Shown: positions 28,095 through 37,933 of the stretch, in pieces
How positions within the stretch are numbered: position 1 is the first letter of the stretch
How the letters are laid out: each line of letters starts with the position of its first letter
Origin: Actinomycetota bacterium
Lineage (GTDB): Bacteria > Actinomycetota > UBA4738
NCBI GenBank assembly: GCA_035573915.1
Contig: DATLZQ010000052.1
Location: forward strand, 8,614-72,613
Direction: 5' to 3'
Length of the DNA: 64,000 bases
The notes under the pieces: model-generated
The model's input: the letters and a program-made list of their open reading frames with translations, nothing else
What the model was told of the DNA's origin: nothing
Databases searched by the model: none
Position numbers and translations under genes: made by a program

Positions 28095-29222
28095 GTGCGG
28101 TTCGAGACCAAGGCCATCCACGTCGGCCAGGACCCCGACCCCGCCTACGGGGCGGTGAGCGTCCCCATCTACCAGACGTCCACCTACGCCCAGGAGGAGG
28201 TAGGGCGCCACAAGGGCTACGACTACGCCCGGACGGGCAACCCCACCCGCACGGCCCTGGAGGCCGTGGTGGCCGCCCTGGAGGGGGGCCACGGGGCCCT
28301 GGCCTTCGCCTCGGGCATGGCCGCCGAGGCCACCCTGTTCCACCTCCTCCGCCCCGGCCACCACGTCCTCATCGGGGACGACGTCTACGGAGGGACCTAC
28401 CGCCTGCTGGCCCGGGTCCTCCAGCAGTCGGCGGGCCTGCGGTTCGACACGGTGGACCTAACGGACCTCGAGGCCGTGGGCAAGGCCATCCGGGACGAGA
28501 CCCGGGTGGTCTGGGTGGAGACCCCCACCAACCCGCTCCTCAAGGTGGTGGACATCGCGGCCGTGGCCCGGCTGGCCCACGAGGCCGGGGCCTGGTGCGT
28601 GGTGGACAACACGTTCGCCTCGCCCTACCTCCAGCAGCCCATCGCCCTGGGGGCCGACCTGGTGGTCCACTCCAGCACGAAGTACCTGGGCGGCCACTCC
28701 GACGTGGTAGGCGGGGTGGTGGTGACCACGGACCCCGAGGTCCACGACCGGCTCAAGTTCCTCCAGAACGCCGTGGGGGCGGTCCCCGGGCCCGTGGACT
28801 GCTTTTTGGTCCTCCGAGGGATCAAGACCCTGGCCCTGCGCATGGAGGCCCACTGCCGGGGGGCCCGGCGGGTGGCCGAGTTCCTCTCCTCCCACCCCCG
28901 GGTCCGCCGGGTCCACTACCCCGGGCTCCCCTCCCACCCGGGCCACGAGGTGGCGGCCCGCCAGATGCGGGGGTTCGGGGGCATGGTGTCCTTCGAGACC
29001 GCCACGGAGGAGGAGGCCCTGGAGGTCTGCCGGCGGACCGAGCTCTTCTTCCTGGCCGAGTCGCTGGGCGGGGTGGAGTCCCTCATCGAGCACCCCGCCC
29101 GCATGACCCACGCCAGCGTGGCTGGCTCCCCCCTGGAGGTCCCCCCCACGCTGGTCCGGCTGTCCGTGGGGGTCGAGCACCCCGACGACCTCGTGGAGGA
29201 CCTGGCCCGGGCCTTGGGCTGA
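28095..29222 (+). CDS. Cystathionine gamma-lyase / gamma-synthase family PLP enzyme
   Basis: Cys/Met-metabolism PLP-dependent enzyme motifs (SSTKYLGGHSDVVGG with PLP-lysine, YARTGNPTR). Confidence 0.88.
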   Translation: MRFETKAIHVGQDPDPAYGAVSVPIYQTSTYAQEEVGRHKGYDYARTGNPTRTALEAVVAALEGGHGALAFASGMAAEATLFHLLRPGHHVLIGDDVYGGTYRLLARVLQQSAGLRFDTVDLTDLEAVGKAIRDETRVVWVETPTNPLLKVVDIAAVARLAHEAGAWCVVDNTFASPYLQQPIALGADLVVHSSTKYLGGHSDVVGGVVVTTDPEVHDRLKFLQNAVGAVPGPVDCFLVLRGIKTLALRMEAHCRGARRVAEFLSSHPRVRRVHYPGLPSHPGHEVAARQMRGFGGMVSFETATEEEALEVCRRTELFFLAESLGGVESLIEHPARMTHASVAGSPLEVPPTLVRLSVGVEHPDDLVEDLARALG

Positions 29223-29368
29223 CCCCGGGCCGCTCGGTCCCCGGGCGCCGGGACCGGGACGGCCCTGGACGGTCCGGTTTGACGCGGGGAGCGGTCCTGG
29301 GTTAGAAGCCTCCCGGCACCGTCAGTCGAGGGCCGGTGGTGGGGCCGGCCGGGAGGAGGGGGAGTCTC

Positions 29369-32300
29369 TTGAGACGGACGCGCGTCGCGCCGGCAGTCGT
29401 CCTCGCGCTCACCGCTTCCGTGCTCGTGGCGGCGGGGTCGGGCGGCCTGCCCGCCCGGGCCGGGTCGAACGGCGGCGACCCTCCCGCCGAGAAGCTGATC
29501 TTCTTCGCCTCGGACGGTATGCGCCCGGACATGGTCGAGCGGTTCGCGGGGGAGGGGGTCATGCCCACCTTCGCCGAGCTCATGGAGGAGGGCGTCCGGG
29601 GCGACAACGGCCTCCTGCAGTCCTTCCCCCCGAACACCGGCGTCGGCTGGTACACGCTGGCGACCGGGACCTACCCGGGCGAGTTCGGCTCCACGAACAA
29701 CACCTTCCACCGGACCGGGCAGAGCTTCGGGAGCCAGGCCCGCTTCTCCGACACCGGCATCCTCCAGGCAGACACCCTGATGCAGGCCCTGGAGCGGGCG
29801 GGGAAGACGGTCGTCTCCGTGGAGTGGGTCGGGGTGCGCAACCTGGTCCCGCCGCTGCAGGGGCCGGTGGTGGACTTCCGGACGTTCTTCTCCCGCCGCG
29901 GGGTGCTGGTCTTCCCCTCCGACCCCGACGAGGCCGCGGGGGCGGCCAGCTTCGGCCTCGAGTACCAGGTCGCCTCCTTCCAGGCGGCCTCGGGCTGGAC
30001 GAACACCCCCACCGGCGACGACGCGGTGGCCCCGCCCCAGGAGGCCGTGCTCACCATCCCCACCACGGCGAGTTCGGTCAACCCCACCCGGGTCTTCGAC
30101 CTCTACATCTTCGACGGCGCCGTGGACGGGTCCCCGGCCTACGACACCGTCCTCCTCGTCCCCCGGGCAGCGGGCAAGGACGCCAGCCAGGCCATGGCCA
30201 CCCTCCAGGAGGGCGACTGGGTGGACGTGAAGTTCACCGGGGCCAACGGGCTGACCGGTCCCCGGGCGGGCCAGACGGCGGGCTCGTGGATGAAGCTCAT
30301 CGAGCTGGCCCCGGACCTGAGCGCCTTCCGCCTGTACTTCACCTCGCTGGCCCGGGCCAACGCCACCTACCACGGCTGCACGTTCGCCCCGGACTGCGCC
30401 AGCCCCACCACCGGGTTCGAGGAGATCCTCAACCGGGAGTTCCCCACCTCCACTGCGGCCGACTTCGCCCCCATCGAGGCCGGCATCATCGACGACACCA
30501 CCCACGTGGAGCAGGGCCTCATGTGGGAGCGGGCCCACTACAAGTACCTGCAGTTCATCCTGGGGACCGGCCCCGTGGAGACGGTGGACGGGGGCACCAT
30601 CGAGGGCCTGGGGGTGGAGGCGGACGCCCTGTTCCTGGGCCACCCGGTGACCGACGAATTCCAGCACATGTACCTGGGGCTCGTGACGCCCGTCGAGCCG
30701 GGACCCGGGGGGACCAGCCGGCCCAACCCCTTCTTCGACGACCTGCAGGGCGACGGGGTCCGCGACGGCCGGGCGGAGGCCCGGGAGGGCTTCATCCGCG
30801 ACGCCTACGAGCAGGCCGACGCCACCCTGGCCCTGGGCCGGGACCTCATGGACGGGGTCATGGGGGATGGGGTGAACGCCGAGGCGGTGGTGTTCGCCAG
30901 CTCCGACCACGGCTTCGCCCCCCAGAACCAGGCCGTGAACGCCCGCTTCGTCCTGAGCCAGGCCACCGTGGACGCCGCGGGGACGCCGCTCTCGGTCCAC
31001 CCCAGTGGGGCTACGGCCACGAGCAACTGCGGGGCGGGCCCGAACGACCTGGCCAAGGCGTGCTGGGCCGGGGGCACCGCCCAGATCTACGTGAACCCCT
31101 CGCTGCCGCCGGGCGTGACCTACCAGGAGGTCCGCCAGGCCGTGGTGGAGGCCTTCGAGAACCTCACCGACCCGGGCGTGCCGGGGCGGGAGGTGGTGGA
31201 CCGGGTCCTGCTCAAGGAGGACCTCCGGGACGTGGACGGGAGCGACTCCCTCCACCCCAGCCGCAGCGGCGACGTGGTGGTCGTCACCCTGCCGCCCTAC
31301 CAGTTCGACGCGGCCACGCCCGGCCGGGCCATCGCCTTCTCCCGCTTCTTCGGCCAGCACGGCTACCGGCCCGACCTGGTCGACCTGGACCTCAACGTCA
31401 ACCTGCACGGGGCCTTCGTGGCCGCGGGCCCGGGCATCGCTGACCTCGACGCCCCCGTCCCGGGCGTGCGAGCCATCGACCTGGCCCCCACCGCGGCCTT
31501 CCTGCTCGGCGTCCCGGGGCCCCACAACGCCCGGGGCCGCATCCTCTACGAGATCCTGGCGGGGGGCTCGAGCCTACGGGAGGTGACCGTCCTCGACATC
31601 AGCGACTACCACGGCCAGCTGATCCCCCTGACCGAGCTCCCGGACGGGAGCGGCTCCTGCCCCTCGAGCTTCCCGGCCGTCACCTGCCGCATCGGCGGCG
31701 CGGCCTTCCTCAAGCCCTGGTTCGACGTCTACCGGGCCGAGGCCCAGGACGGCCAGCACCTCACGGTGGCCGGGGGCGACTCCGTGGGGGCCACCCCGCC
31801 CATCTCGAGCTTCTTCGGGGACACTCCGACCATCGAGCTAATGAACGCCATGGGCTTCGACCTCGACGCCCTGGGCAACCACAACTTCGACCGGGGGCAG
31901 GCTTACCTGCGCAACACGCTGATCCCGCTGGCGCGGTTCAAGTACGTCTCCGCCAACCTGGTGGACAGCGCCACCGGCGACACCCCACCCGAGTGGTCGA
32001 AGTCTCGCGAGTTCACCTTCGGGAGCGGCGCGCGGAAGTTCACCGTGGCCGTCGTGGGGTTCTCCAACCCCGACATCCCCGAGCTCACCTTCCCCGGGGC
32101 CCTCGGGCCGTTCGTGGTCACGGACCCCGTGGAGGCCGTGAACAAGCGGGCGGCTCAGCTCCGAAGGCAACGCAAGGTGGCGGCCGTGGTGGCCCTGGGG
32201 CACATGGGCGCCACCTCCGGGACCCTGACCGAGCCCGCCGGGCCGGGCATCGACCTCGCCGACGACGTCCAGGGCGTGGACGCGGTCATCCTCGACCACA

Positions 32301-33232
32301 CCAACTTCCAGGTCCTCGATGTCCGACCCAACGGGGTCCTGGTGACGGAGAACCTGAGCAAGGGGGTCCGGTTCACCCGGATCCGCCTGGTCATCGACCC
32401 GGCCAGCCGCACGCTCGTCTACAAGACGGCTGACTTCCACAAGCCCTGGAACATCGGGGTGAGCCCCGACCCGGACATCCAGGATCGGATCGACGAGCTC
32501 AACGCCCAGCTCGCCCCCGTCCTCGGCACGGTGATCGGCCAGTCCACGGTGGAGGTCCCGCGGTCCGACGCCTGCGGCAACACCGCGGGCCGGCTGTGCG
32601 AGTCCAAGATCGGCGACGTGGTCACCGATGCCATGCGCACCACCTACGGGACGGACTTCGCCATCACGAACTCGGGCGGCATCCGGGACTCCCTGACCTG
32701 CCCACCGTCCGGGGGCGGACCCGGCTTCTGCCCGAGCTTCACCCCGCCGCCCTGGCTCATCACGCGGGGGCAGGTGCTCGCCATGCTGCCGTTCGGGAAC
32801 GTCAACGTGACGCTCTCGGTGAACGGGGCCGAGCTCAAGGCGTTCCTGGAGAACGGGGTCTCCCGGGTGCCGACGGCGGACGGACGGTTCCCGCAGGTGT
32901 CAGGGCTGTGCTTCACCTACGACGTCCAGGCCCCCGCGGGAAGCCGGGTGCTGAGCGCCCGCCGCCAGGCGGCGGACGGGAGCTGCACGGGCCCCACGGT
33001 CGACCTCACGGCCGCCTCCACCTACACGCTCACCGTCAACGACTTCATGGCCAACGGGGGCGACGGCTACCCGGTCGTGATCGGCCGGGCCACCACGAGG
33101 AACCTGATGGACGAGGACGTGGCGAACTACGTCGCCGCCAACTCGCCCATCAGCCCGTCCATCCAGGGACGGATCGTGTGTACGGACAGCAACCCGTCGA
33201 CGGCCCCCGCCTGCCCGACGGTGCTGCCGTAG
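29369..33232 (+). CDS. Secreted fusion protein: N-terminal nucleotide pyrophosphatase/phosphodiesterase (alkaline-phosphatase superfamily) domain plus C-terminal bifunctional metallophosphatase/5'-nucleotidase
   Basis: TTG at 29369 follows GGGAGGAGGGGGAG and gives a signal peptide [24 protein letters not shown]; the in-frame ATG at 29336 is an alternative. N-half has [32 protein letters not shown] and FASSDHGF (NPP motifs). C-half has [17 protein letters not shown] and ITNSGGIR (UshA-like metallophosphoesterase plus 5'-nucleotidase C domain). Confidence 0.75.
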   Translation: MRRTRVAPAVVLALTASVLVAAGSGGLPARAGSNGGDPPAEKLIFFASDGMRPDMVERFAGEGVMPTFAELMEEGVRGDNGLLQSFPPNTGVGWYTLATGTYPGEFGSTNNTFHRTGQSFGSQARFSDTGILQADTLMQALERAGKTVVSVEWVGVRNLVPPLQGPVVDFRTFFSRRGVLVFPSDPDEAAGAASFGLEYQVASFQAASGWTNTPTGDDAVAPPQEAVLTIPTTASSVNPTRVFDLYIFDGAVDGSPAYDTVLLVPRAAGKDASQAMATLQEGDWVDVKFTGANGLTGPRAGQTAGSWMKLIELAPDLSAFRLYFTSLARANATYHGCTFAPDCASPTTGFEEILNREFPTSTAADFAPIEAGIIDDTTHVEQGLMWERAHYKYLQFILGTGPVETVDGGTIEGLGVEADALFLGHPVTDEFQHMYLGLVTPVEPGPGGTSRPNPFFDDLQGDGVRDGRAEAREGFIRDAYEQADATLALGRDLMDGVMGDGVNAEAVVFASSDHGFAPQNQAVNARFVLSQATVDAAGTPLSVHPSGATATSNCGAGPNDLAKACWAGGTAQIYVNPSLPPGVTYQEVRQAVVEAFENLTDPGVPGREVVDRVLLKEDLRDVDGSDSLHPSRSGDVVVVTLPPYQFDAATPGRAIAFSRFFGQHGYRPDLVDLDLNVNLHGAFVAAGPGIADLDAPVPGVRAIDLAPTAAFLLGVPGPHNARGRILYEILAGGSSLREVTVLDISDYHGQLIPLTELPDGSGSCPSSFPAVTCRIGGAAFLKPWFDVYRAEAQDGQHLTVAGGDSVGATPPISSFFGDTPTIELMNAMGFDLDALGNHNFDRGQAYLRNTLIPLARFKYVSANLVDSATGDTPPEWSKSREFTFGSGARKFTVAVVGFSNPDIPELTFPGALGPFVVTDPVEAVNKRAAQLRRQRKVAAVVALGHMGATSGTLTEPAGPGIDLADDVQGVDAVILDHTNFQVLDVRPNGVLVTENLSKGVRFTRIRLVIDPASRTLVYKTADFHKPWNIGVSPDPDIQDRIDELNAQLAPVLGTVIGQSTVEVPRSDACGNTAGRLCESKIGDVVTDAMRTTYGTDFAITNSGGIRDSLTCPPSGGGPGFCPSFTPPPWLITRGQVLAMLPFGNVNVTLSVNGAELKAFLENGVSRVPTADGRFPQVSGLCFTYDVQAPAGSRVLSARRQAADGSCTGPTVDLTAASTYTLTVNDFMANGGDGYPVVIGRATTRNLMDEDVANYVAANSPISPSIQGRIVCTDSNPSTAPACPTVLP

Positions 33233-33270
33233 GGGGTGCGGGGCCCGCCGTAGCTCCGCAGCCGCCCGAC

Positions 33271-33435
33271 TCAGCCCTTGGGGCGCTTGAGGTAGGCCAC
33301 CAGGGACACCCCGCCCGCGGGTGTCTCCTGGGGGACCACGGCCACGAGCTCCCACCCGTCCTCCCCGAACGTGTTCAGGATCTCCCCGGGATTGTGGGGC
33401 AGGAGCGGCGCCACGAAGTACTCCCACTTCTGCAT
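33271..33435 (-). CDS. DUF4177-domain small protein
   Basis: 55-codon ORF not in the supplied track (MQKWEYFVAPLLPHNPGEILNTFGEDGWELVAVVPQETPAGGVSLVAYLKRPKG), typical of DUF4177. ATG lies 1 nt after the upstream gene's stop. Confidence 0.55.
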   Translation of the reverse strand: MQKWEYFVAPLLPHNPGEILNTFGEDGWELVAVVPQETPAGGVSLVAYLKRPKG

Positions 33436-33436
33436 C

Positions 33437-33871
33437 TCACACCCCCAGTCGTCGGTGCGTGGTCATGATGCAGGCGCCCATCACCACCTCCAGGCCCCCC
33501 TCCTCCGCGATCCGGCGGGCCTCGTCGTTCACGACGCCCGTCTGGAGCCAGAGGACCTTGGCCCCGACCTGCACGGCCTGGCGGGCCACCTCGGGGGTGG
33601 CCTCGGGGCGGCGGAAGACGTTCACCGCGTCCACCGGCTCGGGGACCTCCAGCAGGGAAGGGTAGGCCCGCTCCCCCAGGACCTCGGTCTCGTTCGGGTT
33701 GACCGGGATGACCCGGTACCCCTTGGCCTGGAGGTAGCTCGCCACCTGGTACGAGTGCCGCCAGGGCTTGGAGGACAGCCCGACCACGGCGATGGTCCGG
33801 GCCGACCCCAGGATCGAGCGCAGCTCCTGGTCCGTGGGGAGGTACGGGCCGAGGGTCTCCTCGGTGGCCAC
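33437..33871 (-). CDS. CoA-binding domain protein
   Basis: TIAVVGLSSKPWRHSYQV motif. GTG at 33871 with AGGAGG 6 nt upstream, 1 nt after the NUDIX stop. Confidence 0.75.
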   Translation of the reverse strand: MATEETLGPYLPTDQELRSILGSARTIAVVGLSSKPWRHSYQVASYLQAKGYRVIPVNPNETEVLGERAYPSLLEVPEPVDAVNVFRRPEATPEVARQAVQVGAKVLWLQTGVVNDEARRIAEEGGLEVVMGACIMTTHRRLGV

Positions 33872-33872
33872 C

Positions 33873-34472
33873 TCAGTCCTCCTGCCCACGGGGACCGGGC
33901 AGGAGGCGGGCGGCCTGGGCCACCCCGAGGAACGCCCACAGGATCCGGGCCGTGGCCCCCCAGATCACCTTGCCTCCCATGTCGAACACGTAGCTCATGA
34001 ACCTCCGTCCCTCCCGCTCCAATTCCCGCTCCTCCCCCGCCGCAGCCAGCGCCGGGAGGGAGAACTCCAGGACCTCCGCGATCTCCGAGGCGTTGGGAGC
34101 GAACGACGGCTCCTCCCGGAGGAGCCCGACGAAGGGCACGATGAGGACCCCGCTCACCACGGTGTGGACGGGGGGCAGGGCGCCCAGGACCTCCACGGCG
34201 CCGGGCGAGAGGCCCAGCTCCTCCCGGGCCTCCCGGAGGGCCGCCGCCAGGAGCTCCTCGCCGGGGTCCAGGAGGCCCCCCGGGAAGGAGATCTCCCCCG
34301 CGTGGCGGCTCAGCCGGTCGCTCCGCCGGGTGAAGACCAGGCGGGGTTCGGGGTCCGCCACCACCACCGGCACCAGGACCGCGGCCAGGCTCGTCTCGGC
34401 GGGCACCGAGGGTCGGGGGTCCGGCTCGAGGTGAGGGAGGAGCGCCCAGCGGAAGATTTCGATTCGGTCCAC
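33873..34472 (-). CDS. NUDIX hydrolase (CoA pyrophosphatase-like)
   Basis: Nudix box (GEISFPGGLLDPGEELLAAALREAREELGL) and upstream LLPHL.. motif of the CoAse subfamily. Confidence 0.75.
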   Translation of the reverse strand: MDRIEIFRWALLPHLEPDPRPSVPAETSLAAVLVPVVVADPEPRLVFTRRSDRLSRHAGEISFPGGLLDPGEELLAAALREAREELGLSPGAVEVLGALPPVHTVVSGVLIVPFVGLLREEPSFAPNASEIAEVLEFSLPALAAAGEERELEREGRRFMSYVFDMGGKVIWGATARILWAFLGVAQAARLLPGPRGQED

Positions 34473-34522
34473 CGTTCCAGCCCATGGTAGCGAGGCCCCC
34501 GACGTGAGCGGAGGGAGGAACC

Positions 34523-34995
34523 GTGGAGAGGGTCGACGTGTTCGTCATCGGCGGGGGCGGAGCCGGGTCCGACGTGACCGGCTCCCTGGCCGCCGCGGGG
34601 CTGCGGGTGACCATGGCCAGCGCGACAAGCTCGGGGGGAGTGCGCCAACTACGGCTGCGACCCTACGAAGGCCATGCTCAAAGCGGCTCGGGTGGCCGCC
34701 ATGGCCCGACGCGCCCCCGGTACGGGGTCCGGGTAGGAAGCGTGGAGGTGGACTTCCCGGCGGTGATGGCCCGGGTGCCGCCGTCTCGTCGAGGAGGGGA
34801 CCGCCGCCGGCGCTCGTCCCTTCGAAGAGAAGGGAGCCCGGGTGCTCTTTCAGGTCGTCCCCCCGGGTCACCTACTGCGAGCCGGAGGTCGCGAGCGTGG
34901 GGCTTACCGAGGAGCAGGCCGAGGAGGCGGGGGGCCCCACCCTGTCCGAGTCCCTCAAATCGGCCTTCCGACAGCTCGCCGACCGGCTTGGGTGA
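34523..34995 (+). pseudogene. Degraded remnant of an FAD-dependent pyridine-nucleotide-disulfide oxidoreductase (DLDH / mercuric-reductase class)
   Basis: Three fragments spread over three frames: N-terminal FAD motif VDVFVIGGGGAGS; then, in another frame, CANYGCDPTKAMLKAA (redox-disulfide region); then, in a third frame, the interface motif VTYCEPEVASVGLTEEQAEEAG. Total about 470 nt versus about 1.4 kb for an intact gene. Confidence 0.55.
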
Positions 34996-35104
34996 CCGCC
35001 CAACCGGGGCGCAGACCCCGGTCGGGCACGGAAGGGCTCGCGGACGGCCCCGGAGGACGGCGGGACAGGGTCTGGGCAGGCCCAGGGAGGCCGCACTCCT
35101 CGGT

Positions 35105-35461
35105 ATGATGGGGCCCGTGGGCGAGACCGCCACCCAGCTCCTCTCCGTGACCGAGAAGGCCGCGGCCAAGGCCCGGGCTCTGGCCGAGCGCGACGGCCTC
35201 CCCGGCGCCTACCTCCGGGTCCGGGTCGTGGCCGGCGGGTGCTCCGGGTTCACCTACCGCCTGTCGTTCGAGCGGGAGCCCGACCCCCACGACCACGTGG
35301 TCGAGGGCCACGGGCTGCGGGTCCTGGTGGACCCGAGGAGCGCCCCCCTCCTCGAGGGTTCGACCCTGGACTTCAGCGACGCCCTCCTGGGGGGAGGGTT
35401 CAAGGTCCGCAACCCCCGGGCCGTGCACGAGTGCGCCTGCGGCGAGTCGTTCGCCGTGTAG
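35105..35461 (+). CDS. HesB/IscA-family iron-sulfur cluster insertion protein
   Basis: 119 aa with the C-terminal CACGESF motif and a conserved internal Cys (GGCSGF). Confidence 0.85.
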   Translation: MMGPVGETATQLLSVTEKAAAKARALAERDGLPGAYLRVRVVAGGCSGFTYRLSFEREPDPHDHVVEGHGLRVLVDPRSAPLLEGSTLDFSDALLGGGFKVRNPRAVHECACGESFAV

Positions 35462-35467
35462 GCGCCC

Positions 35468-36142
35468 TCAGCGTAGCTGGCGGACCTGCCCCAGCCCCTT
35501 CACCTCAAGCAGCCGGAGCTCGAGGTCCACCCAGGGCGAGCGGACCTCGACCCGGGCCAGGAGCTGGGTCCACAGCCGCTCCGGGACCTCGGGCTCTCGC
35601 CCGTCCTCGAAGACGAAGCCCCAGGCCGGCCCGGCCAGGAAGTCGGCCCTCACGCTGACCGGGGTGTCCGGGTCGGCCGTCAGCAGCTCGTATCCAGGGT
35701 GCTCCTCGGCGAACCCGGACAGCCACCGCCAGAACCGGGCGGGGGCGGTGGCCAGGACCGCCCCCTGCTCCACGGCCTTCCTAGTCTGGGCCAGGGCCAT
35801 CTTGTGGAGGTCCGCCATGACGGCGTTGGCGAAGCCCAGGTGGTCCTCGCCCCTCGGGTGCCACTGGAGCTCGATGGCCAGCTGCGGGGTCCTGGTCCGA
35901 GCGCTCACCACCACGTCGCTGGGCCTGGCCAGGACTCCCGACGGCCCCAGGGGCTGGTCCACCGAGACCAGCTCGGACTGGCCGAACTGGAAGGCCCGCC
36001 GGAGGTAGGCCCGGAGGTCGGAGTCGAAGCTGAACCGCGTGGCCGGGGCCGACCGGGAGGCCAGCCCCAGGTGGTTGACGAGCGCCTGGAGCTCCCCGGC
36101 CGCGGCCAGGACCGCCCCCTGGATGCCCTCCGCCTCCAGCAT
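35468..36142 (-). CDS. Hypothetical protein
   Basis: ATG at 36142 (MLEAEGIQG...). No family recognised. The upstream part of the listed ORF is G/R-rich run-on. Confidence 0.4.
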   Translation of the reverse strand: MLEAEGIQGAVLAAAGELQALVNHLGLASRSAPATRFSFDSDLRAYLRRAFQFGQSELVSVDQPLGPSGVLARPSDVVVSARTRTPQLAIELQWHPRGEDHLGFANAVMADLHKMALAQTRKAVEQGAVLATAPARFWRWLSGFAEEHPGYELLTADPDTPVSVRADFLAGPAWGFVFEDGREPEVPERLWTQLLARVEVRSPWVDLELRLLEVKGLGQVRQLR

Positions 36143-36288
36143 CCCTCTCCCCGCCCGACGACTCCGTCCCACGGGCCCGCCCGGGTCCCACGGGCCCGTC
36201 CCGTGCCGGCCCGGGTCCCCGCGCGCCACAACCCGCGGGAGCCTAGCAAGCCCCGCCGGCGGATGACAGGGCGCCCCGCCGACCCTCC

Positions 36289-36294
36289 TATACT
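36289..36294 (+). promoter_or_regulatory. Candidate -10 element TATACT for a near-leaderless transcript of the FrhB-like gene
   Basis: TATACT ends 10 nt before the ATG at 36305. No SD sequence is visible, consistent with leaderless initiation. Confidence 0.3.
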
Positions 36295-36304
36295 GTCCGC
36301 CGCG

Positions 36305-37465
36305 ATGGCCGCACCCGAGAAGACCCAGTGGCGGGACCTCTACACCGAAGTGGTGGCCACCGGCCTGTGCACGGGGTGCTCGGCGTGCGTGGTGGTCTGC
36401 CCCTTCCACGTCCTGGGCTACGAGGACCACAAGCCCGTCCAGCTAGAGGGGCTGGGCCCGGACCGCTGCACCCACGGGGACAAGGGCTGCGACATCTGCA
36501 CCCGGGCCTGCCCTCGGTTCCGGGCGTGGGAGCCCGAGATCGACCGCCTCCTGTTCGGACGCACCCGGCGGCCCGAGGAGGTCATCGGGGTGCACCGGGA
36601 CATCGTCCTGGCCCGGGCCACGGACCCCCGGGTGCTGGCCCAGGGCCAGGACGGCGGGGTGGTCTCCGCCCTGCTCATCTGGGGGCTGGAGACGGGCCAG
36701 ATCGACGGGGCCTGCACCTCCCGCCTCTCCGACGAGCGGCCCTGGGACGCCGAGCCCACCGTGGTCACGGACGTGGAGGGGGTCCTGGCCACGGCCGGCT
36801 CCCGCTATACGTACTCGGCCAACCCCCTGGCCCTGGTCAAGGCGGCGGAAATGGGCCTCTCCAAGGTGGCCCTGGTGGGGATGTCCTGCCAGGCCAGCGT
36901 GACCGGGGCCCTGGAGGCCCGGCGGGTCAACAAGTGGCGGCGGCGCATCGCCTGGACCCTCGGGCTGCTCTGTTCGAAGACCTTCACGTACGAGGGGCTC
37001 AACGTGGAGATCGCCCAGAAGGAGCTGGGGCTGCGCCTGGAGGACGTGGTCCGGGTCAACGTCAAGGGCAAGCTCCTCTTCTACACGGCCGACGGGCAGG
37101 AGCACACCTACTCGCTCAAGAAGGCCCACCGATACACGCGGACCGGGTGCCTCAGGTGCCCCGACTTCGCCGCCGAGCACGCCGACCTCTCCTTCGGCGG
37201 CCTGGGGCAGACCGAGGGCTGGACCCTCACCGTGATCCGCACCGAGCTCGGGGAGCGGATCTTCCGGGACGCGGTCCGGGACGGCGTGGTCGAGTTCCGG
37301 CCGGGAAGCGAGGACCCCGAGGCCATCGCCCTCATGGAGCGGCTGGCCGCCCGGCAGCGACAGCGGTGGCCGGGGGACGAGCTGCCCGAGGAGTGGTCCT
37401 TCCCCGGCCTGGTCCCCGAGGCGGCGGGTTCGCCCTCGGCTCCCGCCCCCGCCGACCCGTCCTGA
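36305..37465 (+). CDS. Coenzyme F420 hydrogenase/dehydrogenase beta-subunit (FrhB/FpoF)-family protein with N-terminal 2x[4Fe-4S] ferredoxin domain
   Basis: [12 protein letters not shown] and CDICTRACP cluster motifs followed by an FrhB_FdhB N and C domain pattern. Confidence 0.65.
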   Translation: MAAPEKTQWRDLYTEVVATGLCTGCSACVVVCPFHVLGYEDHKPVQLEGLGPDRCTHGDKGCDICTRACPRFRAWEPEIDRLLFGRTRRPEEVIGVHRDIVLARATDPRVLAQGQDGGVVSALLIWGLETGQIDGACTSRLSDERPWDAEPTVVTDVEGVLATAGSRYTYSANPLALVKAAEMGLSKVALVGMSCQASVTGALEARRVNKWRRRIAWTLGLLCSKTFTYEGLNVEIAQKELGLRLEDVVRVNVKGKLLFYTADGQEHTYSLKKAHRYTRTGCLRCPDFAAEHADLSFGGLGQTEGWTLTVIRTELGERIFRDAVRDGVVEFRPGSEDPEAIALMERLAARQRQRWPGDELPEEWSFPGLVPEAAGSPSAPAPADPS

Positions 37466-37528
37466 CCCGGCCGCCGGGAGGGGACGCGCTGGCTCAGGTC
37501 TCCGGGTCCGGCCCGGCCTGGGATCCGC

Positions 37529-37858
37529 TCAGGAGCCGGCCTGGAAGTTGGCCACGAACGGGTGGTCCTTGTCGAGCGGGCCCACCTGCGCCGCCCCACC
37601 CGGCGAGCCCAGCCCAGTCACGGCGTCGCTGAAGAACTCGGCGTTGATCTGGTTGTAGATCTTCCACTCGGCCGGCACGTCGTCCTCGTAGAAGATGGCG
37701 GTCACCGGGCACACGGGCTCGCAGGCCCCGCAGTCCACGCACTCGTCGGGGTGGATGTAGAGCATGCGCGCGCCCTCGTAGATGCAGTCGACGGGGCACT
37801 CGTCCACGCAGGCCCGGTCCTTCACGTCGATGCAGGGCTCGCAGATCGTGTAGGTCAT
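37529..37858 (-). CDS. fdxA: 7Fe ferredoxin (FdxA-type, 3Fe-4S + 4Fe-4S)
   Basis: MTYTICEPCIDVKDRACVDECPVDCIY...CVDCGACEPVCPV. RBS AAGGGGGA. Confidence 0.85.
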   Translation of the reverse strand: MTYTICEPCIDVKDRACVDECPVDCIYEGARMLYIHPDECVDCGACEPVCPVTAIFYEDDVPAEWKIYNQINAEFFSDAVTGLGSPGGAAQVGPLDKDHPFVANFQAGS

Positions 37859-37933
37859 GCCGGTTTCCCCCTTTTCCACCGTGTCGACCGTGCAAATCGA
37901 AGTCTACCGCTTCGGGCCCGGCTGACAAGCCCC

